59,271 bases of DNA from Verrucomicrobia bacterium UBA1319 (GCA_002306985.1 DBTJ01000116.1:68-59338); one strand, 5' to 3'. Numbered from the stretch's first letter, positions 37,180-46,670 are shown. Program-made: numbers and translations. The notes: generated from the letters alone by a model not told the origin.

Positions 37180-38067
37180 ATGTCATCATCCGACGCGAAT
37201 AATGAATCCCTGGCCAGTGGCAACCGCCCGTCCTTGCCGGTGATTATGCCTTTTGAGGCTGGCGCCAAGGAGTCGCGGCGGCCCTGGTGGCGCGGGGTTT
37301 TGGCCGGCGAATGGCAGGCGCACAGCCGATGGCTGCTGGGTTTTATCAGCGCCTGGCTGGCCACCGTATGGATTTTGCCTCAATTTGCCAGCCCGGGCTG
37401 GATTTTGGTCTTTGGGTTTGTCTTTGCCCTGGCTGCGGGCCCGGCGTTCGGTGGCAAGGATGTTCTGGAGGGGTGCGAGGAATACACCTTCGCGCTGGCC
37501 TTGACGCGTTCGGAATGGTTTCTGGCTCGCTGGTTGGTGGGCGCGGGATTGGTGGTGGTGTTCACCGCCATGGATCTCTTAATGTTGGGGCTCGACCTCT
37601 CGCAAGCGATGACGCGGTTTTATTTGGATATGGGATTACTCGATACGAAAGGCGCCCTGCAACATCGGTTCCTCTATAGTTTGATCCTGGTATTTCCCCT
37701 GACCTGTTACAGCCTTTCGTTTTCCTTGGCGGTCAACGCGCGGGGGCGTGGCGCGGTGCTGTCGTCGTGGATGTGGGGAGGGTTGGGGGCGCTAGCGGTA
37801 CTCCGCTTGGGATTGCTATACGAGTTTTGGCAGTGGAACGCTTGGACCGGCTATTTTGCTTGCCCTTTTTTGATCCTAGCGGCGTTTGCTTCCGTGGCGC
37901 TGGGGTTGCGAGTCTATGGTTTTAAAGAAGTGGTCAATTCCAGCAAACCATGGAACATGCCAGCCTACTGGTGGGCCTGGGTACTCCTGTTTCTGGGTGC
38001 ATTGGGCACCATAACTTTTTTGGTCTCCTCGCTGGGCAAGGAATTGGCTAGCATGCTGGGGAAGTGA
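37180..38067 (+). CDS. Polytopic membrane protein, probable ABC-2-type permease
   Basis: ~7 TM segments; EGCEEYTFALALTRSEWFLARW resembles the ABC-2 'F...P..R......K' loop. Confidence 0.6.
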   Translation: MSSSDANNESLASGNRPSLPVIMPFEAGAKESRRPWWRGVLAGEWQAHSRWLLGFISAWLATVWILPQFASPGWILVFGFVFALAAGPAFGGKDVLEGCEEYTFALALTRSEWFLARWLVGAGLVVVFTAMDLLMLGLDLSQAMTRFYLDMGLLDTKGALQHRFLYSLILVFPLTCYSLSFSLAVNARGRGAVLSSWMWGGLGALAVLRLGLLYEFWQWNAWTGYFACPFLILAAFASVALGLRVYGFKEVVNSSKPWNMPAYWWAWVLLFLGALGTITFLVSSLGKELASMLGK

Positions 38068-38078
38068 AACCTTCTCGC

Positions 38079-38120
38079 CAAAAATTCAAAACGGCACGCT
38101 TCCGAAGTGAAAGCGTGCCG
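38079..38120 (-). terminator. Rho-independent terminator downstream of the GH78 gene
   Basis: Perfect 10-bp stem cggcacgctt / aagcgtgccg with a minus-strand U-rich tail, between convergent genes. Confidence 0.7.
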
Positions 38121-38174
38121 CGTGATAAATATCCAGCCGACGGCTGATCTCGCTAAATTTGGCAAACGCCAGGC

Positions 38175-41117
38175 TTAATCAACCTGGCCTTCTTGTTTGC
38201 CGTTCTTGCTGTGGACCACATAGCGTAAGCCTTTCATGGAACTATTCGGCAAGAACTCTACTTTGACGCCATCGGGTGCGGCATAGCTGACGTCCAGCAC
38301 CTTACCGGAAACTTTCCAACTGGCGGAGACCGGCCCTTTGGCGGTGGCCACGGTACCTTTGGCCCAGGTCAAACCGTTCAACCGCGGGCTGAGTTGGAAG
38401 GCGGCGCCCCCCGGCGCGGTGGCTTTGATGCCGACGATGATCCGGTTAAGGAAGTAGCTGGGCGCGGAGGACCAGGCATGGCAATGGCTGCGAGTGGGGA
38501 AACCATCGGAACCCGTCGTGCCGGTCGGGAAGCTTTCCCACACGGTAGTCGCGCCGCTTTCGAGCATCGGAAGGTAATCGTGATAGATCTGTTTGATGGT
38601 CGCATCTTCCTGGCCGATTTTCTCGAAGGCTTCGTACAGGTATAGCATGGCAAAGGGTGATCCGATGCGCACCATGTCCGCCGGCGGTTCTAGGAGGTTC
38701 CAGCGGGCCAGGATGTTTTTGTCTTTATCTACGATGTCGTACAACAATGCTAAAATGCTCGTGTGCTGGCAAATGGAGGAACTGACGGTGCCGTCGTCGT
38801 GAATGCTGTCGGCGTAGGCGCGTTTCCGCTCGTTCCACAGTCGGTTGGCGCCGGTGACTAACTTTTGCCTCAGTTCAGTGAGCCAGGGAACGTCTTTGTC
38901 TTCGCCGAGCGCTTTGGCTTCCTTGAGGGCGGCATCGATAGCGCCGACCATGAACAGGGTGTTGTGCAGCACGGTTTTGGGCCCCTGATCAATGCCGCTC
39001 CAATCGAATAAATTCCAGAAAGCGGCGCTGAACAGGCCTTGATCATTCACGTATTGTTCCGCGCCTTTCAGATTGCGGATGGCGTAAGGATAAATGGCGC
39101 GCAAGTATTCTTGGTCGCCGGTGTGCCAATAGTAATCCCAGGTGGAAATACCCCACAGGAAACTCCAAGCGGGGAGCAGACATTCCCAGCCGGAGGGGAC
39201 TTGACAGCCCGCCATGGGGAAACGTTCCATGGATTGGGCGGTTTGCCAGATACAATGGCGGGCGAGGTCCGTGCTGCCGAACACGGGGTAGGCGATCAGC
39301 GACTCGTTACGCGCGTCTCCCACCCAGTGAGTTTGCTCGTAGAGAGGACAATCCGTGAAGGTATCCTCCATGCACAATTTGAGCGTGCGGGTGGAAATCG
39401 TCCAGATGTTGTCCAGTCGGCTATCGCTGCAACTAAAGTTGCCGATGTAATTAACCGGATAGGTCGATTCAATGAGCGTAAAATTGCGAATGCGCACCGG
39501 TGTTTTTTGATTTCGCAAGGTGATAAATACATACCGGCCGGATCGGCGTTTCAAGGAGGTAAAGTGGTTTTCTCCGGCTTTAGTGAGGTAACGCAGGCCG
39601 TTGCGGTTGCCCCAGGAATGCTGGATGCGGCCGTCTTCGGCGATATACTCCAAACCATAAATATCCACGCAGACACCGGCGTCCGCCACCAAGTCAAAGG
39701 AATAGTAGCCGCAGTTTTGCTCCCCGAGATCGTAGAGTAATTCGATGTCTCCTTGCGGGCTGGGCGTGACCAAGGTGGCGTCCGCCGTATTGTGCATCAA
39801 AGCCTGTGGGTGTTGGATCAGGGTAGAGGCATCCCCCACCACTCGGCGATGTTGGAATTGCCAGGCGCTATCGCGCACGAACATTTTGTCGAAATCCATC
39901 ACGCGGCAGCGTGGCTCGAGTTTTTCTTTCAAGGTTTCGGTGTTGATAATTTCCTTCAGCCAGCCATCGGTGAGCCGGTTGTATTCCGTGATTTTTGCGG
40001 TGACTTCCGGCGAACGCGGGAAGCCGATCCAGACCATATCGTTGGTGGCAAAAGCCAAATCCTTGAAGTCCAGATAGCACCAAGGATTGGTTTGCCCGCG
40101 ATTGATCGGGTTTTCCAGGCGGAACCCCGCCGGGTCCCAAAAGCGCAACGAGCGTTCCTTATTGTGGCTGGTGACTTCGCGGGTGAAGGCGAGCACCACA
40201 TGGCGCCCCGGCGCCAGGGAATATCGCCCATCGTCTTTCACCACACCGTCGATGGAGAATTTCATGCCGTCCGCTTCCAATTGAACGGGGCAGGTCTGGT
40301 CATTGATGAGACAGGCGACCAGGCCGCCCACGCAGCTGGCGCTATGGTTGGCTTCGACCACTCCGGGATTGGCCAGACGGGCCGCCGGTAGGCAGAAGTC
40401 GAGCGCTTCGGTCTTGACTAGTTTGGCGCCCAGGAAGGCCTTCAAAGTCACCGGCTGGCGGCTGAGCAAGGCGGTATCCCGGGGGGCCAGGTTTTTCCAA
40501 GGTCCGTTTGTGGTTTTGAACCATTCCACGGCGCGCTCGAATTTTAACTCTTCCTCACGCGCGTCATACCATTCGGCGGGTTCCATTTGGATGCTGACCT
40601 TTGGGGTGTTGGGCAGCCAGGCTTTGGCTGTGGCGACCTTCCAAGATTTATCCGTAAGTACGCTTTGAATTTTACCTTGGGTAGTTTTCACATCCAACTG
40701 GGCGAGCAAACCCGCTTGTTGGGGAAGGTGATGAAAATCCCCTACCCCATAGTACCGGGCGATCACTTTGATCTCGTTTTCGCCTTTGATCAGGTACCCC
40801 GTAACGTCGAGGGTGTCGTATTGGAAATGGTCCGGATAATTGCGGGCCGGACCGTCATTGACCCACGCGCCGTTGATATAAAGCCGGTAATAACAATCGG
40901 CGGTGATGCGCAGCACCGCTTCGGACGCCGCCTCCAAGGAAACTCGCCGCGTGGCGATGACGGTTTGATTGTAATCCTTGGGGTCCGCTCCCTGCCGCCA
41001 AATCCAAGCGGCCGTTAACGGCCGGGGAAACTCGCTGGATGCCGAGGTTCCGGCGTTGGCCGGAAGGATGCCTGCCACCAGTAAGGCGACAGCCCAGATG
41101 CGGAATAATCTATGCAT
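38175..41117 (-). CDS. Secreted GH78 family glycoside hydrolase (alpha-L-rhamnosidase-like)
   Basis: Signal peptide; ITADCYYRLYING, DTFTDCPLYEQTHWVGD, GATTVWE, SHCHAWSS. Confidence 0.9.
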   Translation of the reverse strand: MHRLFRIWAVALLVAGILPANAGTSASSEFPRPLTAAWIWRQGADPKDYNQTVIATRRVSLEAASEAVLRITADCYYRLYINGAWVNDGPARNYPDHFQYDTLDVTGYLIKGENEIKVIARYYGVGDFHHLPQQAGLLAQLDVKTTQGKIQSVLTDKSWKVATAKAWLPNTPKVSIQMEPAEWYDAREEELKFERAVEWFKTTNGPWKNLAPRDTALLSRQPVTLKAFLGAKLVKTEALDFCLPAARLANPGVVEANHSASCVGGLVACLINDQTCPVQLEADGMKFSIDGVVKDDGRYSLAPGRHVVLAFTREVTSHNKERSLRFWDPAGFRLENPINRGQTNPWCYLDFKDLAFATNDMVWIGFPRSPEVTAKITEYNRLTDGWLKEIINTETLKEKLEPRCRVMDFDKMFVRDSAWQFQHRRVVGDASTLIQHPQALMHNTADATLVTPSPQGDIELLYDLGEQNCGYYSFDLVADAGVCVDIYGLEYIAEDGRIQHSWGNRNGLRYLTKAGENHFTSLKRRSGRYVFITLRNQKTPVRIRNFTLIESTYPVNYIGNFSCSDSRLDNIWTISTRTLKLCMEDTFTDCPLYEQTHWVGDARNESLIAYPVFGSTDLARHCIWQTAQSMERFPMAGCQVPSGWECLLPAWSFLWGISTWDYYWHTGDQEYLRAIYPYAIRNLKGAEQYVNDQGLFSAAFWNLFDWSGIDQGPKTVLHNTLFMVGAIDAALKEAKALGEDKDVPWLTELRQKLVTGANRLWNERKRAYADSIHDDGTVSSSICQHTSILALLYDIVDKDKNILARWNLLEPPADMVRIGSPFAMLYLYEAFEKIGQEDATIKQIYHDYLPMLESGATTVWESFPTGTTGSDGFPTRSHCHAWSSAPSYFLNRIIVGIKATAPGGAAFQLSPRLNGLTWAKGTVATAKGPVSASWKVSGKVLDVSYAAPDGVKVEFLPNSSMKGLRYVVHSKNGKQEGQVD

Positions 41118-41338
41118 AATTGATTTAATTTAGAACCAAAACGGCTGCGATGAGCCTCTTCGTGTCTAGTGAAAGCATTTTACAACGAGCGCCGGTGAAC
41201 GCAAGCCGGGCATTCATGGCCGTTTATCAGTGGCGGAATATTGGCGGAACGGGTTTGCCTGCGGGCCCAGGCGAGGATAGTTTGCCACATATGAACTCAC
41301 CCTTGCTTTGCCTGAATCGCCGGTGGATCGTATGGAGG

Positions 41339-42637
41339 ATGTTTCGATTCGTTATCGTCGCTATGATTTTGTCCTTCGCCATGCCGATGGCATCCGCCGC
41401 GGATCTAGCCGCCAAGGCGGACCATTACCAGGCGCAGTTGAAATCGAAAATCCTGCCCTACTGGTTGGAAACCGGGGTCGATCGAACTAATGGTGGTTAT
41501 CTGCTGAACGATGAGGCAGACCGAAAAGCGGGTCCGCCATCCGAAAAGCAACTGGTTACCCAGGCGCGAATGGTTTGGGGTTTTTCTCTCGCCCACCGCA
41601 AAGGCTATGGCGACGCCGGCCATGATTATTTGCAAGCAGCCGGGCAGGGATACCGGTTTATACGGGCGCATTTCTATGATGCGGACAAGGGCGGTTATTA
41701 CTGGACCACGGATTTGGCGGGGACCCCACGGGATACGCGCAAAATTGTATACGGGGAGGCGTTCGTTATCTATGCGTTCGTGGAATATTATCGCGCGAGT
41801 GGCGAGGTTCAGGCGTTGAGCCAAGCGATGGACTTATACCACGTCCTGCAAAAGCACGCCCACGAAACCAAGAACGGCGGCTGGATCGAGCATTTCGACC
41901 GAGATTGGACTCCGATCCTGAAGCAGGAAAACATACCCGTGGAAGTAGGCGGGTATAAAAGCGCCAATACGCATCTGCATTTGATGGAAGCGTTGACGGA
42001 ATTGTACGAAGCAACTCGCGATGACGGCGTCCGCCTATCTTTGGCGGAAGCTCTCCGAATCAACGCGGTTTACTTTTACCCGGCCCATGCCGCCGAAGCC
42101 TGTTTTCATCGGCAATTCGATTGGCAACCCGTCACGGCACCAAGCAGCGCGGGACTTTCCTACGGACACAATGTGGAGTTTGCCTGGCTGATGGTGAGGG
42201 CGGAAAAGGTTCTGGGTCGCGAACCTTCCTGGGGGCATTTCAATGCTTACCTGGAGCACGCCTTGAAATACGGTTACGATCATCAACGCGGCGGACTTTA
42301 CAGTCGCGGGGTGACGGATCAACCCGCGACCGACACCGAAAAAGTGTGGTGGGTCCAAGCGGAAATGCTGGCGGCATTGACGGACTCGCTCGCTCGCCAG
42401 CCCAATTCCGGCCAGGCGATGGCGCTCGAAAAACTCATCGCTTTTGTCGATCGTTACCAAACGGACCCGAAAGACGGCATCTGGCTGCAATCGGTCACCG
42501 CCGAAGGCCAGCCTAAATCGGCTTCCAAAGCGAATAATTGGAAGGCCAATTATCATGATGTGCGCGCGCTGGTTAAGTTCATCGAGGCATTCTCGAACGA
42601 ACCGGCCATGGTGAAAGCGCGGGAGAAGCATCCGTAA
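41339..42637 (+). CDS. AGE-family epimerase (cellobiose 2-epimerase-like) with signal peptide
   Basis: QARMVWGFS, KSANTHLHLMEA, SYGHNVEFAWL, KVWWVQAE, WKANYH. The start could be 41291. Confidence 0.88.
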   Translation: MFRFVIVAMILSFAMPMASAADLAAKADHYQAQLKSKILPYWLETGVDRTNGGYLLNDEADRKAGPPSEKQLVTQARMVWGFSLAHRKGYGDAGHDYLQAAGQGYRFIRAHFYDADKGGYYWTTDLAGTPRDTRKIVYGEAFVIYAFVEYYRASGEVQALSQAMDLYHVLQKHAHETKNGGWIEHFDRDWTPILKQENIPVEVGGYKSANTHLHLMEALTELYEATRDDGVRLSLAEALRINAVYFYPAHAAEACFHRQFDWQPVTAPSSAGLSYGHNVEFAWLMVRAEKVLGREPSWGHFNAYLEHALKYGYDHQRGGLYSRGVTDQPATDTEKVWWVQAEMLAALTDSLARQPNSGQAMALEKLIAFVDRYQTDPKDGIWLQSVTAEGQPKSASKANNWKANYHDVRALVKFIEAFSNEPAMVKAREKHP

Positions 42638-42751
42638 TTCAAAAGCAGGAAGCGCTCAATAAAACGCGTCCGACCTTGGCTCCGGCGCGGGTCTGCCTCT
42701 TGATTTATCGGCGATTGACGCCGCCGCCGCCGTTGTGACATTCTCACGGCC

Positions 42752-43945
42752 ATGAACATGTTTCGCCATCTCGCACTTGCCGGCGTGCTGATAACCCTAT
42801 CCACGACTGGATTTGCCGCGTCACCGTTGCCGCGTTTTTACGGGGACGCTCCGGATAACCACCATCCATGGACTATTCACGATCCCAATCGGCCACAACC
42901 CGCGGTGGTTACGCCCGGCACTTTCAGCACCCAAGAGCAACCCGGCAAACCCCCTTCGGATGCCAAAGTGCTTTTCGATGGCACCAGCCTATCGAAGTGG
43001 GAGGCGGATGAGGGCGTGGGAATTCCCACGAAATGGATTATTAAAAATGGCGCCATGGAATGCGTGCCGGGCTCCGGTTTTATCCGAACCAAGGAAACGT
43101 TTGGCGATTGCCAGCTCCATGTCGAATGGGCGGCGCCCACCAAAGTCGAGGGTGAAAGCCAGGGCCGGGGCAATAGCGGCGTGTTTTTAATGGGGCTAGT
43201 TGAGGTTCAAGTGCTGGATAACTTCAATAATCCGACCTATGCGGATGGATTTGCCAGTTCGGTCTATGGGCAACACCCTCCGATGGCCAACGCCTTGCGT
43301 CCGTCCGGTGAATTTCAAGTTTACGACATTGTGTTCCGCCGCCCGATATATCGGGGTGGCAAGCTGATCGATCCAGGCTACGTCACGGTGTTTGTAAACG
43401 GCGTGCTAGTGCAAGATCATGCCATCATTGAAGGCGTCACCGGCCACATGGCGCGCACCAAACCGGCGCCGTTTCCCGATCAGGGCGCGCTCAAGCTACA
43501 GGATCACGGCAATCCCGTGCGGTACCGTAACATTTGGTATCGCGAACTGCCGCCGCGCATCGTGGAAGGTTCGACCGATGGCTATCTGACCACCAGCGCC
43601 ACTCTGGCCAAACGCAAGCAAATCGCCGCTTCCATCCGGGCGGATGCCGCCACCCTTAAGAATGATGCGGATATATTACCCGAAATGCTGCGCTGGATGG
43701 AGTCCCTCGTTTACGAGAAAAACTCCGAAGCTTCGAAGCGCGTGAAACAATTGAGCGGCCAATATGTGGCCAGCCTCAAAGACTTGGCCCCCGATAAGCT
43801 AGCCGCCAAAAAGAACGAGGTTAAGTCAGTGCGGGATGCCTTTAGGTATCTGGCGAAATTCAAAATTCTATCGGAAAACTATGCCGCAAAAGCGGCCTTG
43901 GAGCAGATCGTGAAAGATCAAGGCTGGGATAAGAAGCAACCATAG
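42752..43945 (+). CDS. DUF1080 (3-keto-disaccharide hydrolase-like) secreted protein with helical C-terminal extension
   Basis: PPSDAKVLFDG, FGDCQLHVEW, RGNSGVF, EVQVLD, LQDHGNPVRYRNIW. Confidence 0.88.
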   Translation: MNMFRHLALAGVLITLSTTGFAASPLPRFYGDAPDNHHPWTIHDPNRPQPAVVTPGTFSTQEQPGKPPSDAKVLFDGTSLSKWEADEGVGIPTKWIIKNGAMECVPGSGFIRTKETFGDCQLHVEWAAPTKVEGESQGRGNSGVFLMGLVEVQVLDNFNNPTYADGFASSVYGQHPPMANALRPSGEFQVYDIVFRRPIYRGGKLIDPGYVTVFVNGVLVQDHAIIEGVTGHMARTKPAPFPDQGALKLQDHGNPVRYRNIWYRELPPRIVEGSTDGYLTTSATLAKRKQIAASIRADAATLKNDADILPEMLRWMESLVYEKNSEASKRVKQLSGQYVASLKDLAPDKLAAKKNEVKSVRDAFRYLAKFKILSENYAAKAALEQIVKDQGWDKKQP

Positions 43946-43967
43946 CCGTTTTACTGAGGTTTAATTT

Positions 43968-44006
43968 AATCCAGCGGCGGCCCGAGCGGCCTCGCTGGAT
44001 TTTTTT
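43968..44006 (+). terminator. Rho-independent terminator
   Basis: atccagcg...cgctggat stem followed by a T-run, after the DUF1080 stop. Confidence 0.7.
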
Positions 44007-44507
44007 ATGCTGCTGATCCAACGCTGTTCGATTCCCGCCGAGTACGTCCTGGCGCGGCGGGTGACTCGCGATTATCTGGACTGGCTCGCCATGGATTTGG
44101 CGTTTCAAAACGTGGCGCAGGAGATGGCCGTATTTTCGGTCATGTATGGGTTGCCTAGCGGGGCTTATTTGCTCGCCTATTCGGGGGATCAACTGGCCGG
44201 CGGGGTGGGTCTTCGCAAATGGGGACCAGGCGTGTGTGAAATGAAGCGGATGTACGTTTATGAACCCTTTCAGAGAAACGGTGTCGGCCAAGCCTTGTGC
44301 GAAGCATCGCTCAACGTCGCCAAGGAAATGGGTTATGGCCGGATGCGTTTGGACACCGTTGCGCGGCTGGCGGCGGCGATTCGATTATATGAACGCTTGG
44401 GATTTGTCGATATCGCGGCGTACCGGCATAACCCGGACCCGACCGCCCGTTTCATGGAATTGCGTTTATCCGAAACGGGTCGGCCAGCAGACCGCGATCC
44501 AGCGTGA
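44007..44507 (+). CDS. GNAT family N-acetyltransferase
   Basis: CEMKRMYV, QRNGVG acetyl-CoA motif, MRLDT, AIRLYERLGF. Confidence 0.9.
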   Translation: MLLIQRCSIPAEYVLARRVTRDYLDWLAMDLAFQNVAQEMAVFSVMYGLPSGAYLLAYSGDQLAGGVGLRKWGPGVCEMKRMYVYEPFQRNGVGQALCEASLNVAKEMGYGRMRLDTVARLAAAIRLYERLGFVDIAAYRHNPDPTARFMELRLSETGRPADRDPA

Positions 44508-44711
44508 AAAGGCATGGTTTTCGCCGCAGGCGCAAATCATGAGCGGGTCTTGCTGGTTAGGCGCGAGGCGGAGAGGTTGTCTTTTAGAATAGTTAAACCA
44601 AAAGCCTGTAGATCGAGTGCCGTCTGGTGGCCAATATCAAGCTGCTGAGGGCTGGGTTTGAAATAGCGAATGGCATCGCCAAAATCAACCACGCAACGAG
44701 ACGGCCAAAAA

Positions 44712-44788
44712 TGGCGGGAGTGGCGGGGCTCGAACCCGTAACCTCTGCCGTGACAGGGCAGCGCTCTAACCAGTTGAGCTACACCCCC
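44712..44788 (-). tRNA. tRNA-Asp (GTC)
   Basis: GGGGGTGTAGCTCAACTGGTTAGAGCGCTGCCCT-GTC-ACGGCAGAGGTTACGGGTTCGAGCCCCGCCACTCCCG-CCA; 77-nt cloverleaf with encoded CCA. Confidence 0.97.
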
Positions 44789-44804
44789 ACCGAAGGGGAG
44801 CAAG

Positions 44805-44833
44805 AAGGTAAAAAAACCTTCCGCAACAGTCAA
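44805..44833 (-). promoter_or_regulatory. Sigma70 promoter of tRNA-Asp
   Basis: TTGACT - 17 bp - TACCTT, 16 nt upstream of the mature tRNA. Confidence 0.7.
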
Positions 44834-44852
44834 CCGCCAAATTGGCAATTTT

Positions 44853-44953
44853 AAAAAACAAACGATTCGGGCAACGGACGCCAAGGAGGTGGGGGTGGGG
44901 AACCCCGCTGAAGAAACGTACCGCTACCCGAATCAAAAACTTCTACAACTGCG
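44853..44953 (-). ncRNA. Candidate small RNA with exposed anti-Shine-Dalgarno motif
   Basis: Own promoter; 14-bp closing stem that pairs fully only on the minus strand (two G-U pairs); C-rich interior with CACCUCCUU; U-tract end. Confidence 0.55.
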
Positions 44954-44959
44954 TATGTA

Positions 44960-44988
44960 AACCTAAAAAACGCGTCCGGTTTTGTCAA
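44960..44988 (-). promoter_or_regulatory. Sigma70 promoter of the candidate sRNA
   Basis: TTGACA (44988-44983) - 17 bp - TAGGTT (44965-44960). Confidence 0.65.
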
Positions 44989-45421
44989 TCGCTCAAATAA
45001 TAACCTAGAAGCAACAGGTGGCCAATGAGTTACGATGTGAGTATTCGGATTTAAAAAAACCCTTGAGCCTATTCTCATCATACACACTGAGAGTGGATAT
45101 CGGTATAAACCGGGAATTCTTAAGTGGGAAAATCACTCTGGGCTTGAGATTTACTGAGGTTTTCACGTTTTTCGCCCCCATTTTTACCGCATTTAGTCGA
45201 GTTCCCGAGCTTCACGGGGCACGGTGTCGCTGCGCCTTTCGTGATCGACAAAAAGTGAAATGCAGGCCGAAATGGAATAATTTGAGGCCGAAATACCGCG
45301 CTTTTGGGGATTGAAGCCCCGGCATGTTGCAAGTCCCAATTCCTTAGTAGCCAGCGATAAAAGCGAAGAGTCAGTGGAAATATTTCCGATTGCGGCTATC
45401 TTAGTGGCGTCGCTACTTACG

Positions 45422-45655
45422 ATGAAACGCAAAACTCTGGAAAAACTAGAGCTGGAGGCCGAGCTTTTAAAGCTGAACGCATTGGTTCGTGAACGTCGGG
45501 AAGAACTGGCGCGGATCAAAGATTGCCCCAACCATGATTGCCATTGCCGGGCGGTTTGGAAGGAACAGGTCGACAAAACACTAGCGGGACAAGTCCGCAA
45601 AATTCGCCGCCGTCTCGATGATGGAAAAAAGAAAAAAACGGGAGCCAAGGTTTAA
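45422..45655 (+). CDS. Small basic coiled-coil protein with CPNHDCHC motif
   Basis: 77 aa MKRKTLEKLELEAELLKLNALVRERREELARIKDCPNHDCHCRAVW...; protein-like helical periodicity. Confidence 0.7.
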   Translation: MKRKTLEKLELEAELLKLNALVRERREELARIKDCPNHDCHCRAVWKEQVDKTLAGQVRKIRRRLDDGKKKKTGAKV

Positions 45656-45917
45656 GCCGATTTAAGCAAAACGGCGCACGCCGTAGAATCCACCAACGCA
45701 GACTTCATTTGCCTATTTTTCCATGGCTTCGCGCTGCGCCTCGACTCCTCGCCGAGCAGCCTAAAAAAAAGGCCCCGGTAATTGCCGCGACCGCCTAGCC
45801 ATGACATAACGGCTGGACTTGGCACCGACGATAGTCTGGAGAGCAATTCAAGCGAGATTGACACTCATTTTAGGTTGTGCCAGCATGCTGGATCATTGGC
45901 ATGACGGTTATTCGGGC

Positions 45918-46670
45918 ATGAGTACAATTTTAAAAATTGATAATCTGCGGGTCGAATACCGCCGACGGGAATTGGGGCAGCCTATTAATGTGGCCGTTAA
46001 CGGGATCAATCTCGCGGTCGAAACGGGGGAGGTTTTTGGTTTTTTAGGACCCAATGGGGCGGGGAAAACGACGACAATGAATGTTCTGTTGGGATTCGTT
46101 AATCCCACCAGCGGCTCCTGCGCCTTATTCGGGGTCGACACCCGGCAACCCATCGCGCGGCAACGCATTGGTTTTCTTCCGGAATTAACCTACTATTATA
46201 AATTTCTGAGCGCCGAGGAAATTTTACGATTTTACGCCAAAATATTCCGAATTCCAGCTGGCGAAGTCGAATCGCGCATTTCTGAGGTTTTGAAATTGGT
46301 GGAACTGGACAATGTCCGGAAGCGCCCGATTAAGTCTTATTCCAAAGGGATGCAGCAGCGGGTGGGGCTGGCGCAAGCTTTGATCAATAAGCCCGACCTC
46401 TTGATATTGGATGAGCCCACCAGCGGCTTGGATCCGGTGGGACGCATGAAAGTGCGGGAAATCATTCAGCGATTGAAGGAGGAAGGCAAAACGGTTTTTT
46501 TCTCTTCCCATGAATTGGGCGAAGTCGAAACGGTATGCGATCGGGTGGGCATCATGTGCGCGGGGCAATTGAAAGAGCAAGGGGCGGTGGCGGATTTGCG
46601 CCAGCGCTATCAGTGCGATTTGGAACGGGTCTTCCTGAAAGTGATTGGTTACCAGCCCGCTCATGGTTAG
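45918..46670 (+). CDS. ABC transporter ATP-binding protein
   Basis: GPNGAGKTT, YSKGMQQR, ILDEPTSGLDP, SSH. Confidence 0.93.
   Translation: MSTILKIDNLRVEYRRRELGQPINVAVNGINLAVETGEVFGFLGPNGAGKTTTMNVLLGFVNPTSGSCALFGVDTRQPIARQRIGFLPELTYYYKFLSAEEILRFYAKIFRIPAGEVESRISEVLKLVELDNVRKRPIKSYSKGMQQRVGLAQALINKPDLLILDEPTSGLDPVGRMKVREIIQRLKEEGKTVFFSSHELGEVETVCDRVGIMCAGQLKEQGAVADLRQRYQCDLERVFLKVIGYQPAHG

Noticed and set aside
44537-45087. ORFs 44537-44884, 44627-44854 and 44851-45087; genomic island integrated at tRNA-Asp
   Set aside because: The ORFs overlap the tRNA, promoters and candidate sRNA and are not protein-like. No integrase or duplicated tRNA 3' end was noticed.
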